DNA of 64,000 nt, taken from contig NC_043003.1 of the NCBI RefSeq assembly GCF_006345805.1, forward strand, positions 90,396,001 through 90,460,000, read 5' to 3'. This document shows positions 1 to 45,615 of the stretch, in pieces. The DNA comes from Octopus sinensis (lineage: Eukaryota). The notes under the pieces were generated by a model. That model saw only the letters and a list, made by a program, of their open reading frames with translations. It did no database searches and had not been told where the DNA came from. Each line of letters opens with the position of its first letter. The stretch's first letter is position 1. The translations under genes and the position numbers were made by a program.

Positions 1-1330
1 GGCCTACATCTGTTCAGCTCTGTACCCATGTCAGTCTTATTCCCTTGATTTCATGATTTTCAGTTTTTTGGTCCCATCAGTAGTTGAATTGGCTGAAATA
101 CAGAGGATTGCCAAAAACCCTCCCAAATTCATCATTCTTTATAAGTGTTTCAAATGTCAATTACTCTGGAGAAAATTGTTAAATAATGTTGTTCTGAGGG
201 CCACAACACAGTTTTTTTTTTTTTTTCGAAAAGTTTTGTATTCTTAAACTTCAAGGCAGCATTTAAGCTTGCTTTTCTGCTGAATGAATTCTGCCATTTG
301 ACTGGAAACCACCAGCTGCTTGAGGTTTACTCCATTAAGCTTTGTTATTCTCTTCTCATGTTTATATAAAGAAATAATGTGAAAAAGCTTTTAATGATAC
401 ATTGTACTGGAGTTGTTGGTATTTTCTGTTGTTACATTTATAAATTTATGAATAATACCTTTTATTGGCATTTAATTTTGACAATGTTGTTATTATATGT
501 TTCTTTTTTTCTTTTTATTTGCTGTTACATTTGTCTTTGTCTATTACTTTCAATGCAAATGTGGTTGAGTACAAATTGTTGGTAGAAATGTAGTTAAATG
601 TTAATAATAATGATGACAATTAACTGCTGTAGTGGTTAGATGTCTTTTGTCGTTGTTGCTCTCGGATGACTGTCAGCACTTGTTATTTAGGGTCATTCAT
701 TGTTCTAGCTGCAGCTGTTATTTATCTTTTTTTGTTTGTTTGTCGCACAGATTTGCAGGTATTTGTCTCAAAGCAAGACTTAAAGTTTACAACAAGCGCC
801 TTAATGTATATATTAATATCTTAAGTGATTCTACATAATAAGTCATGCAAGAAACTGCTATGTACCGTTTCTGATTTGAACTGATGCTTGCAACTGAGCA
901 AGTAAAAAAAATCAATTCGAAAATTGCATTCATGCTACAGGAAATAGAACAAAACTGAACAATTAAAAAAGAAAATTTTTCTCCCTTAGTCAATTTTTAT
1001 TTCTTTAAATGTAAATTTATTTAAATGGTTTCAAATAAAAAGAATTATGCTAGTTATTGTTATTCAAGATGGCTGCTGTCATTGTAAAATGTTTTATCAT
1101 TATTTCTTGGTGTGTACTGTATAAAATAGGTGCAGAGTGGCTAAACGGTTAAGAAGTTCACTTTGCAACTCAGATCCTAGGTCCAATGCCACTGTATGAT
1201 ATCCTGGGCAAATGTAATTTTCTGTAGCCTCAGGTCAACTGTCAATTCATGTCTTATGGATAAAATTGTATGGAAGCCTGTAGGCAGCATAGTACCTGTA
1301 ATTCAAAAGATTACAACCTTGTTATACATA

Positions 1331-2395
1331 CAGGGGTTGGACAAAATAATGGAAACATCTTAAAATTTCAAACAAATTTATTTTAATATGGGTAGGACTG
1401 CCTTTGGCAGTAATTACAGCTTGAATTCTACAAGGTATGAAGTCGTACAAAATTTGAATTTGTTTCCAAAGAAATTTTTGTCCATTCTTCAGCTAAAACA
1501 GTCTCCTGTTCTTGTAGTGATGATGGTGGAAGATATCGACTCCTTACTTGGTTTTCTAAAATGCACCATAAACGTTCAATAATATTGAGATCTGGAGACA
1601 GTGGTGGCTAGATAAGATGTTCAACTTCACTAGAATGTTCCTCGTGCCATTCAGTAACAACTTTAGCTGTGTAAATTGGTACATTATCATCCTGAAAGAT
1701 TACGTTTCAATCTGGAAACAGTTCTGCAACCATAGGATGAATTTGATCAGACTATTAATTCTGCCATGATGGGAAACCACAGGGCTGGTGGATTTCCAAG
1801 ATATAGACCCCCCCCCCATCATTACAGATCCTATTCTATGTTTAAGAGTTGGAAGAAGGCAATCTGGGTCAAATGCTTCTTTTGGCTGTCTCCGCATGTA
1901 TGCTCAGCCGGTGGTCAGAAATGAGGTAAAGGATGAATCATCTGAGAAAATACCATTCTTTCACTGCTCTAGGGACCAATTCTATAGGTTCTTATTCCAC
2001 TCTAAATGCTTTGCAACATTTATTTTTGAAAGTAGTGGTTTTCTGATTGCAGCCCTCCCATGAAATCTAGCTTTGTACAGCTCCTGGTGAACAGTTTTTG
2101 TGGAAGCTGGGTTCTCGAGGTGGTCATTAAGCTCTGCAGTAATTTTGGGAGCTGTACTTTTGTGATCCTTTCTAACAATTCACGTAAGAGTCCAGCGGTC
2201 CGTATCTGAAAGTTTCGGTTTTCTTTCGGAGTTTTGTTTCGACAAGGAGGTTTTGACCTCTTTCTCAAAGGCTGTCATTACTTTTGAGACAGTACTTCTT
2301 GATACACCAAACATTTCAGCTGTTTTTGTTATGCTAGTGCCTGCCATACGAGCACTAACAAATTGACCTCTTTGAAAGTTCAATAGATATGTCAT
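1331..2395 (-). mobile_element. Decayed Tc1-family DNA transposon (DD36E transposase pseudogene); one terminal repeat visible
   Basis: TA|CAGGGGTTGGACAAAATAATGGAAAC terminus at 1331. Minus-strand fragments: HTH region (FQRGQFVSARMAGTSITKTAEMFGVSRSTVSKV), RKPLL, IFSDDS, FQDDN and SPDLNIIE, with stops and frameshifts. Confidence 0.9.
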
Positions 2396-3408
2396 TTTAA
2401 GGAATTTAAATTACCTTTTCCTGATGACGTCTGAAAAGAAAGAACTGAGTGAAAGTAAAATAATAATGGTGACCTGGCTGAACTTGGGTGTGCAAGCGTG
2501 TGTGTATATCTGAGGAAGGTGTGTGTATGTGTGAATGGGGGCAAGCGTGTGTAAATGTATGTGTGGGTAAGCTGCAAATTATGTGCACCTTTGTTTGTAT
2601 GTATGTATGTGTATGAGTAACCTAGTGTGTGCTTTTTGTGCATATTGATGTGTGTATGCGTGAGGCTATCGTGTGCGTGCACATGCAAACACTTGTGTGT
2701 GGCAGTTGCTGTATGCTTGTATGAGTGGTGTGCACGCACACATGCATGCGCACGCACACACACACGACAGGTTTCATTAACTTTCTGTCAACATCTCAGA
2801 AAGCTTTGGTTGGCCAAGGACTATGGTAGAATATACTTGCCCAATGTGTTATACAGTATGACTGATCTAAAAGTGTGTTGTTCGAAACTAGACTTTTTAG
2901 CCACATAGCCATGCCTTTGCTTACGTAATTATGTACTCCGAGTATCTATGTACACATATGCACAGCATAATGTATAAATTAAAGATAGCAAATTGTAGAA
3001 GAAATTGGGAAAATAATAATAAAAAATGACATTGTTTTTCTGTGTAATAGGTTGTGACCTATTGGCAAGAAATTGCTAAACCTGTAGAAATTAATTCCAT
3101 ATAGAATTATGATCAGTTCTTTGTGTGTAATTAGAAAGTGTAGCCCTCAAGCTATATTGGGAATTAGATGAAAACTTACAAATGTTTACTGCAATTAAAA
3201 CAGTTTGTAGGTGTTGTAGTTTACGGAGACTTCTGTTAACATGTAATGTTAATAAAGACCATGATTGGTTTTTAATTGCAGTCTTTAATCAACTCCAGTT
3301 ATGAACAGGGTTGATTAAATTGGTTATGCCCTCTTCTAAAATTTGTGCTCACATACCTATGATAGAAATTATTATTATTATTATTATTATCATCATCATC
3401 ATCATAGA

Positions 3409-4730
3409 AGGCTATGAGCTAGTAGAATTGTTAGCATGTTGGACAAAATGCTGCTAAGCATTTTGTCTGTCTCTGTGTTCTGAGTTCAAATTCCACTTAG
3501 GTCAACTTTGCCTTTCATCCTTTCGGGGTCGATAAATTAAATACCAGTGGAACACTGGAGTTGATGTGTTCAATTTGACCCTTCACCTGCACTTGCAGGC
3601 CCTGAGCCAAAACTTGAAACCATTATTATTAATATTATTATTATTATGATTATTAATATTATTGAATTTTAGAGCAGTGCATGCCATCAAAGTGACACTG
3701 GGGTATTATTATTATTGGTAAGATGGTGAGCTGGCAGACTCTTTAGCATGCCGGGCTAAATGCTTAGTGGTATTTCACCTGTTGCTGTGTTCTGAGTTCA
3801 AAATCCCTTGAGGTCAACTTTGCCTTTCATCTCTCCATGGTTGATAAAATAAAGTACCAGTCAAGCATTCAACTTATTCCTACCCTTCAAAACTACTGGC
3901 CTTGTAACTAAGTTAGAAAACATTACCATTATTAAGTATGAACAATTGAGAAAAATGGTATATTCCAGACTAAATGCTGTATAGTATTGAGTAGGCTCTG
4001 GGTTAAATTCTGATTTTTCACTTCATTCAAGTCAACTTCGCCTTCCTTTCCTTCTAAGTTGGGTGAAACAGTTACTCATTATTTATTAGGCTTAATTTAA
4101 TTTATTATACCCCTTTTTTGAAATTTGTGGACCTGTGCTGTACTTAGAAATTATTTTTCTTGTTAGTGTGGTAGACTAGCAGAAGTGGTATAGTGGTATA
4201 GTGCTTAGGCTTGTCATTCTACATTTTGTGTTGAAATGAGATTGAGGTTGGCTTTGGTTCCATCCCTCTGAGATTAATAAAATATCAACCAATTACTGAT
4301 GGAGTTGATTCAATTTAATACACTTCTTCCTTGAGCTGGCAGAATTGTTAGCATGTCAGACAAAATTCTTAGTAATATTTCTTCTGGTTTTTCTTCCATG
4401 TTTTGTGTTCAACTTTATCATTCATCCTTCCAGGGGTCAATAAGATATAATACCAGAAAAGTCTTGTGATCAATGGTATTGACTAACGCTTTCCTCTTAA
4501 AATTTCTGGCCATGTGCCAAAATTTGGAACTGAGGTTAGAATCATAAGCACATTGGAGAAAAAGGCTTAGCTTCATTTCTTCTAGTTCTTTACATTCAGA
4601 GATCAAATGCTTCCAAGGTTGACACACCTGTCATTATTTCAGAGCCAATAAGATAAATACCAGTTGAGCCACTGGAGTTGATATAATCAACTGAAGCCCT
4701 TCCCTAAGATTGCTGGCCTTGTGCCAGCAG
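3409..4730 (+). mobile_element. Head-to-tail array of about 6 tRNA-derived SINEs (family A); further + copies at about 5168-5385 and 34596-34790
   Basis: Repeated ~210 bp unit with A-box-like GGTGAGCTGGCAGAATCG, B-box GAGTTCAAATTCC, core GCCTTTCATCCTTTCGGGGTCGATAAAATAAGTACCAG and an (ATT)n tail. Confidence 0.85.
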
Positions 4731-5689
4731 TTATCATCCATCTATCATCATCATCTTAATACCATTGATTATAATTAGAATGAAAGTGAAGACTTCAATT
4801 TTTTCGAATATAGGATTTGGTGCAGGATTCTGGTCAACAACCTGCATAGCAGCAATTGTGCTTCTGCTGAAGACTAGAGCCTTGCTTAGCATAAAATAAA
4901 TGTTGTTTCAGCTTTAGTGTTTGAGTGGGGGAGGGAAGCATGTAGCTATGAAAGAAAGCAATTATTAGTGGCTTCATAGATTCATGTGTGTATAACAAAA
5001 CATGATTAACTTAAAAAACAAGGATATAAAAAACTAGAAATAATTTTTTAATCTAATTTCTTGGACAATCACTATAAACCTCTAAAGAAACTGTTGGCAC
5101 TAATCAAGAGATTTTTTTTTTGTCATAGAGTTTGTAAATATATTTGTTGAATTAATATTATTTGTCAAGGCGGCGAGCAGGCAGAATCGTTAGCATGTTG
5201 AGCAAAATGCTTAGTGACATTTCACCCATCTTCATATTCTGAGTTCAATTTCGGCTGAGGTTGACTGCCTTTCATCCTTTTGGTGTTGATAAAATAAGTA
5301 CCAGTTGAGTACTGGCGATGATGTAATTGACAATCACCTTCCTCTGAAGTTGCTGACCATGTGCCAAAATTTGAAAGCAATATTATTTGTCAACAATAAA
5401 TGAGTTAAAAATGTTGAAACATGACATATTGCTAGAATATGTTAATCTAAAGTTAACCCCCCACACACACACACACTCATTTCAGGTTCATTCCTACTGT
5501 ATCACACCTTGAATAAGTGTTTTCTACTATAGCACCTGGATTATAAAAAGCTTTGTGAGTGGATTTTGTAACTGAAAGAAACCCATTGTGTGTGTAAATG
5601 AGCATCAATGACATACAAGTGATGTTGTTTGTTCTCAGTCTGCCATGGAAAACATGTTTGGCCATGGAGGAAGTATTACCCTACTTGGA

Positions 5690-6410
5690 AATGTATTTGT
5701 GTTATTTGGAAGTTGAGCCTCATAGAAGATGATTGGTGATTTGCTGTGCTTGAGAAGACCCAGCCCTCTGTGTCAATAAAAGCATATTGCTTATGTCTAT
5801 GCCCTTGCACCAAATCTGCCCCTGACAAAATCTCTCTACCACTCTCCCACCCTGGAACTGCTTCCTTTTCTCCCTACATTCTCAGTACAATCCCTTTCCC
5901 TCTTATTTTCCATTGAACATCCCCTTCCACCTCCTCTTTCCTCCTCATGTTACCCCTCATTTTGCCAACGTGTAAGCTTTCCTCTATTACCTTGGTTCAT
6001 CTATTAGTTCCACCCACCCCCACTTCACATCATCTGTGCTGCCACCTGTTGCCTCCCTGACCCACTCCTACTTCCTCCACCTTTCCCTCCAGTTGATATT
6101 AATGATTGACCACACCTCCACCTGTGTTCACTACTCCATTTCCCTCTGTTCATCTGCCACTTTCCTCTCACTCTCATACAAATTTACCCACCCACTCCAC
6201 TTATATTCACCTTCCTGTAACTTGAGGATGCTCCCTGACACATCTTTATCACCATCTTCTTTTTTTTCCAAGTGAAGTGGTTGGCATTAAGGACATTCAG
6301 CTATAGAAACCATGCCAAAGCAAACATTAGAATTTAGTGCAGTCCAATGGGTTGCCAGCTCCTCTATTGAACCATCCATGCCAGTATGGGAAATGGACGT
6401 TAGAATGATT
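5690..6410 (+). mobile_element. Old 5'-truncated RTE LINE 3' end with pyrimidine-rich UTR
   Basis: TTTGCTGTGCTTGAGAAGACC (ORF end, as at 61010) and the tail GTGGTTGGCATTAAGG...CCATGCCAGTATGGGAAATGGACGTTAGAATGAT, shared with the long LINE. Confidence 0.65.
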
Positions 6411-6431
6411 TCTCTCTCTGTCTCTCACTCA

Positions 6432-6437
<6 letters not shown>

Positions 6438-6485
<48 letters not shown>
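6438..6485. repeat. (CA)n microsatellite
   Basis: Direct dinucleotide run. Confidence 0.95.
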
Positions 6486-6486
<1 letters not shown>

Positions 6487-7264
6487 CATTGTTTTACTGT
6501 CTACTTTTCCATACAGAGTATATTGGGGCTGAGTTTTCTATAGCCAGAAGCCTTTCCTGTTGCCAGCCTCCTCTTAATTTCCAAGTGAGGTAATAATCTT
6601 CTTGTCTAGCAAGCAACAAACAATTCAGACATGTTTACATGGAGATCTGAAAGCAAACTATACCATATGAAAAAGTTTTTATTTTATAAAGATCAAACAA
6701 TGTTGAGACATGTCAACAACATAGACATAATTTTGTGATAGATTGCAAGCAGACAATACTGTTCACAAAGCCACAGTGAGCAAAACACGTGGAGATGAGG
6801 AAATACTTTCTCTCTCTCTATATATATATATATCACAGAGAGAGAGACAGATGCTTCTTTCAGTTTCTAAATACCAAATCCACTCACATGGCTTTGGTCA
6901 GTCAGGAGCTATAGTTGAAGGCACTAGCTGTCTTTAATTAATTGTGTACAGACCATACTGAACTGACAAGAACAGTCATTTTATGTTAGCGTTGACAATA
7001 TTACGGGCTTCTGTTTCTTAATCAACAATTAGAATTAATCAAGATTTTCTTCTGCTTTTTTCACTTCATTTAATTTTTCATTCTGTTATTTATTAATTTC
7101 CTTTCCTTTGCAACACATACATACGCATGCATGCACGGGTACGCACACACACACACCACATACATTGTGTGATGTTAAATTAATTATGGCCTGACATGCT
7201 GTCAACTGAAACCTATTGGATATTATTTGTGAGTGTGCATGCATGAGAGAGAGAGAGAGAGAAT

Positions 7265-7480
7265 ACTCTTTCTACTATTGGCACAAGGCCTGAAATTTTA
7301 GGGGAGGGGACAAGTCAATTACATTAACCCTAGTGATCAACTGGTAGTTATTTCATTGACTCTGAAAGGATGAAAGGCAAAGTCCACCTCAGCAAAATTT
7401 CCATTCAGAATGTATGGACAAACGAAATGCCACTAAGCATTTTGTCCAGAGTGCTTATGATTCTGCCAGCTTGCTACCTT
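7265..7480 (-). mobile_element. SINE family A copy
   Basis: Reverse complement of the family A unit (GGATGAAAGGCAAAGTC...GCTTGCTACCTT). Confidence 0.8.
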
Positions 7481-7898
7481 AGAGAGAAAGAAAGAGAGAA
7501 CATAATTGGCAGTATGTCTACCTCTCTGTTTGCTTGTCCCCTCAAGGGAGATAACTCTAATATTGTTGGATTCATCTCCTTGCATGCCACACACACACAC
7601 ACATGTGTGTGTATATATAAATATAATGGTGTTACTTACATGGAAGTTATATTTGAGATGAATTTCTGATTGCCAGTACCCTACTATCTGGTTAGGATGG
7701 TTAACCTCTCTCATCAGACATGTATTCTTCTTCACACTCCTTAAAAAAATGACAGAAGCCTTACTCAGTGTTTGACAATGCGGGTGTTTTTTATATAATT
7801 ATGTATCTTTGACTCTGTGTTTACATGTATGCATGTTTGACTGTGTATGTAGGTGTTTATGTATTTATATATGTATTTTATGTTATTTATATATTCAG

Positions 7899-38860
<30,962 letters not shown>

Positions 38861-40266
38861 CAGACAGACTGAAAAAACAAATTGAAGTGTTTTAAAGATG
38901 GAAAGATGACCATTACAAGAATACAAGTTCAGAGGGAGAAAAGTTAAGAATAAGAGTAATGATGATGAGGATAACAACAATAATAACAATAATATTAATA
39001 TGAAGAAAATAAGTGAATCGTTGCTGTAAAATATTCTGTTAGCTTGTCTCTTTCGAGAGAAAGTTTGATGACAAGAGCAAGCTCTCGATGGCAGATGATG
39101 TAGGCAGCCTTACAAAAAATAGTAACAGGACACATTTCTTAACTGTCTACAACACGGCAAGTGCAAGTCCCAAATGCAGACAAGTAACAACTTAAAAACC
39201 AATTGCTTGTATCTCTGATATTGGTATTATACCCTCTCCTCATCACCCAACTCCCCCAAGAAAAAAAAAACAAAACAAAAAAATAAACATGGAACTGAAT
39301 GAGACTTTTTTTTTCACCTGCTTCATATACTTTGAGGAATTTTTTAAGAAAAAAAGAAAAAGACTCTTATTACAGAAATATATTAAATCATAAACAGAAA
39401 TACAAATGTGGATGGCTCTTGGTGTGTGTGTGTATATAAATGTATGTATATATATATATACATATATATATATATTTAATCACTGAATGGAGGGAGGGTA
39501 TCATCACGGCAGCAAGTTTGTTGCCTAAACTTTTCATATATGAATGTGTGAGTGTATGTATGTGTGTATATATATATGTGTGTGTGTGTATTTGTGTATA
39601 CTGGTATCATCACATACCTGCCATACTTATTTGCGTTTGTGTGAGTGTGTGCGATCTTGTGCATGTTATGTATATATAAATTGATTTATGAGAGTGTCTG
39701 CATATGTGCATTACATGCTCTCTCTCTCTCTCTCTCTTTCTTACTCACACACACACACATAGCAACACATATAACTCCATGTGTGCCTGCATATATATAT
39801 ATATATATATCTATGAATGATTGTCTATGTGTGTTTGTGTGGGTTATAATGTTTGGTAATGAAATAAGAAAATTTTTGAGTGCATGCAATATACAGCCTT
39901 GTGATATTTTAGTTACCGTAGCCTCTTGGAACTCAACACATTTGATTGCCAGTAAAATTTAAAAAATAGGGAGAAGGTGCATAAAAGATAGCAGCTGGTA
40001 ACACACATGCACACACACACACACACACACACGTGAATATGCACATGCATATGTGTATATGTGCATGTGTGAGCTTATGGGTGTGTGTGCCTGTACACAT
40101 GTGAGCATTTGTATACTTGCATGTGTGAGTTTATCAAGCAATACATTTAGAGTATTTTTTAATTTTGGAGGGCAGAGCAAGAAAGAAGATAAAGATGTGT
40201 GTGTGTGTGTGTATATATATGATGATTATATATATATATACATACACACACACATGTACACATGTG

Positions 40267-40309
<43 letters not shown>

Positions 40310-40726
40310 ATATATGAGCAATGTAGAGTGAGTGATATATATATGTATAATCTAAAGTTTGTAAAAATACATATGTTGGGTAGAGGGGAAAAAGTGTTCA
40401 ATATATCAAAACTTAACAGTGCATTCAGAGTTTTGCTGAGCTGTTGACATCGGTAAAAGATCTGAACAGCTGAGGTTGATATAACAAGTACACATACACA
40501 CACACATACATTTTTATGAGGAAAAGGTTGACAGCCATTTCGAAGTTTCGGCTTGCTTCCCATCATCAGTATGATGATGGCAAGCCACCTCAAAACTTTA
40601 AAGTCACTGTCAATATTTACCTTGTGAAAATTAATATGTACCTTGCTACAAAATATTGGATAAACCTTCAGTTTAATGATATATTGTTTCTATGCCTAGA
40701 TGCCTAGTTTTGCCCAAAACAAACAT

Positions 40727-40793
<67 letters not shown>

Positions 40794-41437
40794 TATACAC
40801 ATATACAAACATACAAGTGAGTGGACAAATGAAAGAAAAGGGCATTCAGCACATTTAGTTGGTGTTAGGTGTATTATTTGAAACAGTTAAGTTAGATGCT
40901 CCAAGTTTCACAGGATCCTAATGGGAGCCTCACTCCTTTGGGCTTCTGGAATGCCAAATCATTCACCCTTCCAGAAGCCCTGTTAAGGGTCTGTGAAAAA
41001 AAAAGTAGCATGTAACCAAATCAAGCTGTTTTAGATATAATGTATTTATACATGAGTATATATGTATGTGTATATATTCATGCATGTATGTGTATCATTA
41101 TGTATGTATTCATATGTGTATGTGTGTATCTATCTATCTAGCTATATATATATAATACACATGCACACACATATATGTATGGCCCTTGCTTGTTGGGTGG
41201 GAGAACAGAGCTTATTTCAGTGAATAATGTAATTGAGCTTATTTTTCACACTCGGTTGGTGTTTGTACTGGGTTGTTGCAAATTATGCTGGGGTCTATGT
41301 AATCGACTTAATCCCTTCCTCCAAAATGTGAGGCCTTGTGCTTCCAGTAGATGGACAGTTATTCTTGTGTGTGTGTGTGTGTACATACATATATAAGACA
41401 AGCTATGTTTGTATTTTATACTTTTTATTAATATATG

Positions 41438-41468
<31 letters not shown>

Positions 41469-41473
41469 GCATA

Positions 41474-41504
<31 letters not shown>

Positions 41505-43459
41505 TTCTGCATATAAATGTATACATATGTATGTACACATACATATGTGTATGTACACATGTCTATATATATGTATCTGTTTGTGTATGCATGTATGTTT
41601 TATACACACACACATTAAACTTAGTAATAATTAATCGAGTGTTATAGTATAACATTGATGTGCAATTGAACATTAAGTCACAACTGTAACAACATTGATG
41701 ATACAATTAATAAGCAATAATATCAACAATAATTTGTAGAATATTAAAAACTAGAATTTTCTTAATGCTGATTGATCAAAATTCTTATCAGTGAAAGCCC
41801 CACCTTTTTCTGTCATTAAAATATATAAGAAGATAGGTGTTAATATGCATGACAAATGCTGTACCACTCTCTCTCTCTCTCTCAGATACACACACACTAT
41901 GTACGTATGTGTGTTTGTGTGTGTATGTATACACACACACACATATATGTATATGTGTGTATATTACATACACACACATGTATGTGTGTATATGTACGTG
42001 TATATACATGTGTATGTGTCTGTATATATATATATATATATATATATGTGCCTGTATGTATATGCATATATTGCATACACATGTATGTGTGTATATATTA
42101 CATACACACATTTATGTGTGCTCATACATGTTTGTGTATACATATATATATATATGTATGTGTGTGTGTGTGTATACACACACATACGTGTGCACACATG
42201 TAATTGCTTGAACTATTTCCAGTATACACCAACCAACTTCATAATATTTGCATGGTTATGCAAGATGACAGCCATGAAGTGTGAAACTGTATTCCATCCC
42301 ACCTGTGTACTTAATCACTGTGCATTTGCCGCTGTTAAACTGCATCGACACTGTTACAATTACAAACTTGATTGCCACATGTATGATCTTCCACTGCCTT
42401 TCTCATCTTCTTCTGTTAATCACTCCTGTGTTTTTGTAGCACTGAGATGACTGCAACGTGTGTTTTTGCATGATGTGCATCTAGAAATAACGGAACCAAA
42501 CTCTGTGGCTGTGCTTTGGTTACCAGAATGTGGTTGTTCTGTGATGCGAGGCATGTCAGTCATGTAGTCATATGGTATGAGGCATTGCAGCCATGCTGTG
42601 GTGTTAGAAACTGCATCATTGTTGCAACACTGTATGGTGCAGTCATGATGCTGCAATGCTGTATCGTCTTACTGCTTACCATTCTTGTCCTGTTGCGCTG
42701 CATGTTGACTAATGTCTGTAACTATGCTACAAGCAAATGACACCTCACCCCATGCTTCCAGGAACCTGACACACATACAGAAATCTACAACATTGCTTGA
42801 GTTGCTAGTAATAGCAGTCAATTCTCCCTCAAATCTTATTCTACTGTCTTAAAAACTGAAAGGGCATATTGGACAATGTATATATAAAAACTGAGATGGT
42901 CATAGCTGGAATGTCTTTGACCAAATTTCTGCTAGATCAGGGCTAACATGAGCCTAAACTGCAGCAACACATCTAGGACTAAAAGAACACTAATGAACTG
43001 ACCTTGTATTATAATGATCCCATATCTGTTCCCCGGATGTGGCATTGTTCAGCAGCCTTTTATAACAAAATATATTCAGGTGCTATCATGCTTTATTAAT
43101 CCTCTTTTAATCCATTTAAATTTTTTTTTATTTTAGTGGTAAAGACGTGAAAACAAAAAGAAACCCCCAAAGGGTTATGTTAAACATATCGATGATTCAC
43201 GTTTGTAGTGATTTTCTTTTCATTTACAGTTTGACTTTTATTTGGACTCAGCATCTGGAGGAAAGCCATTTAAAGAATTCTATCTCAATTAACCTTTGTT
43301 TGGGGACGGTGATTGTTAGAATATATCATATTAGTAACCTTGGTTGTCATTGTTTCTCCAGCTAAGTGAATTGTTTAAAACTTATTTATTTACTTTCCAG
43401 TAAGGTCATTCACTAGCTCCCATAACTATTACTACATATTGTGTGGAAGAAACCAGTGT

Positions 43460-43800
43460 AACCCTTTCAAGACCATATTTCTGTTTCAGTTAATTTTGAA
43501 AATAATGAAGAATTTTAGTAAAACAACTTTTGTCATTATTCAGCTGGTGTTTGGAACAAAATCTAGCATGAAATTTTGATGGAAGGTTTTAACTTAGACC
43601 ATATTGAACCTTATTTCTGTTGAAAAATACTCCATTGTTTCAATTGATTTTTAAAATAATGAAGAATTTAGTGAGATAACTTTGTTTGGAACATAAATTA
43701 ACATGGAATCTTAATGGAAAGTTTTGAGTTCACTTCAAAATAGGAAATAATGTAGAACCATCCAGGAGTGGTCTTTGGCAGATTGGTGTCAAAAGGGTTA
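43460..43800. mobile_element. Second TTAA/CCC-terminated MITE family with internal duplication; fragments at about 9940-10200, 11380-11560 and 16200-16415
   Basis: TAACCCTTT...AAAAGGGTTAA ends; shared body TTTTGAAAATAATGAAGAATTTAGT...AAATTTTGATGGAAGGTTT. Confidence 0.6.
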
Positions 43801-44006
43801 AATATTCTGAGCCAATAAATTACAAATTAGTTTCTATATCTCCAACTTCATACTCTGAAATATTCATTCATTTTGTGTGATTCAACATATCTTTAGGGTT
43901 AGGGATTATCTGGGGTACAAATATTGCAGGGTGGAGTAGGGATGGCAGTAATGGGGGCAGCGTAATTATAATGAGTGAAACTCTTGGATGAATTGAATTA
44001 GAGCAG

Positions 44007-44008
<2 letters not shown>

Positions 44009-44086
<78 letters not shown>
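44009..44086. repeat. (CT)n microsatellite
   Basis: Direct dinucleotide run. Confidence 0.95.
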
Positions 44087-44088
<2 letters not shown>

Positions 44089-45578
44089 TTTTTAAAAATA
44101 TAATCTCAAATCATATGTAATATTTTCCTGTGAGGCACTTCTTGTGTTTAAGAACAATGCTTGTTGAATGAATATATCCTAGTTTTAACCATTTAGTAAT
44201 TGTAAACAATAAAAAATTATCTCAGTTTTTTAACCCTTTAGCTTCAGATTACTCTGTTCAGTGTATTATTTTTATTTGCATTGTTTTTAGTTAATCATGC
44301 ATTATCTTTTGGCTTTAAGATTTCAATGATGTGATTATTTATTTTTGGAATGATATTGTCAGATAGGTGTGAGAGGCTGGATATAGCCTGTTTGAACATA
44401 AAACCAGTGGAATATTTTGGCTGAATATAGCCAATTTAAATGTTAAAGGGTTAACAAGGCATTTTGGTGGGTCTGTTGCTGGTTTTTATGCCCAAAAGAG
44501 AATCCTTGACCTCAGCAATACATACTAATAAAACATCAAATCCATTGTATTCTTACTAGTTACAATGGTGAATGACATGTCCTTATGGTACATGTTCCAG
44601 CTACAGCTAAATAAACTGGACTATTAAGAAATAAGTTTTCTTTGCTAAGAACTTGGTACTGCACTGGCTAATGAGCTTCCATTTTCGTTTGGATAACTAA
44701 TCTTAGCTACCAATGTGTCTAATATATATTAGAAAAGATTCTTATTCTTTTTGTATGGTGAACTCTCCCATTGAAGATGATGTATGAGTATTTAGCTTTT
44801 GCTTAATGTCCCTCCATCAAATCGACATTACCTGAACAGGTGCATGATGTACCATGCATCAAATGTTGGAGTGATTGCAGAGCAATATGTTACGAAGGCT
44901 TTTGCTCAAAAACACAACACGCTACTTGGTCTAGGAATTGAAACCATGATCATGCGTTCATAAGTGCATTGCCCTAACCACTAGGCCATGTGTCTTTTTA
45001 TATAGTGCCTCAATTAGTAGCAGAATTACTTTTATGAATATCCTCAAAAATATCTTCTTTAAATTGTATTGCCCCACTATAAAGAATTTTATTGTTTTCC
45101 TGTCATTATGTGAATCTTTGCACATGATTGGAGCATTTGGAGTAAATCTTCATATACTAATTTCTTTCTCTCATTTTCTTTGTCTACCTACCTGTCTCTA
45201 TACCTCTCATGCTCCTATCCCTCTCTATAGATATGTGTTCTCTACTTTATTTACAAATGAGGGGGAAATGTACATAAAACATATGGTAGAGAGAGTTTAT
45301 CCATTATTTTGAGGTTTCATCCCATTGTTATTCCATGTTTCCTGTTTCTGTTGTACACAGCAACTGAATTTATATAATATACCTTGTGTATATATATATA
45401 TATGTGTGTGTATGTATGTATGTATATATATATATATATATATATATACATACACACATAATAGGGATGTATCTATTTGACCCATACATACACAAATATA
45501 TGCACGTTTGTATTCATTTATAAATTCTAATTTATCTTTGAATTTTACTTTTCATTATATTAAACCCACCAATACTTA

Positions 45579-45615
<37 letters not shown>

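Noticed and set aside
3051-3080. Candidate upstream receptor exon (ag|GT TGT, Gly-Cys)
   Set aside because: An in-frame stop follows within 10 codons. No convincing signal-peptide or ectodomain exon was found in 1-7898.
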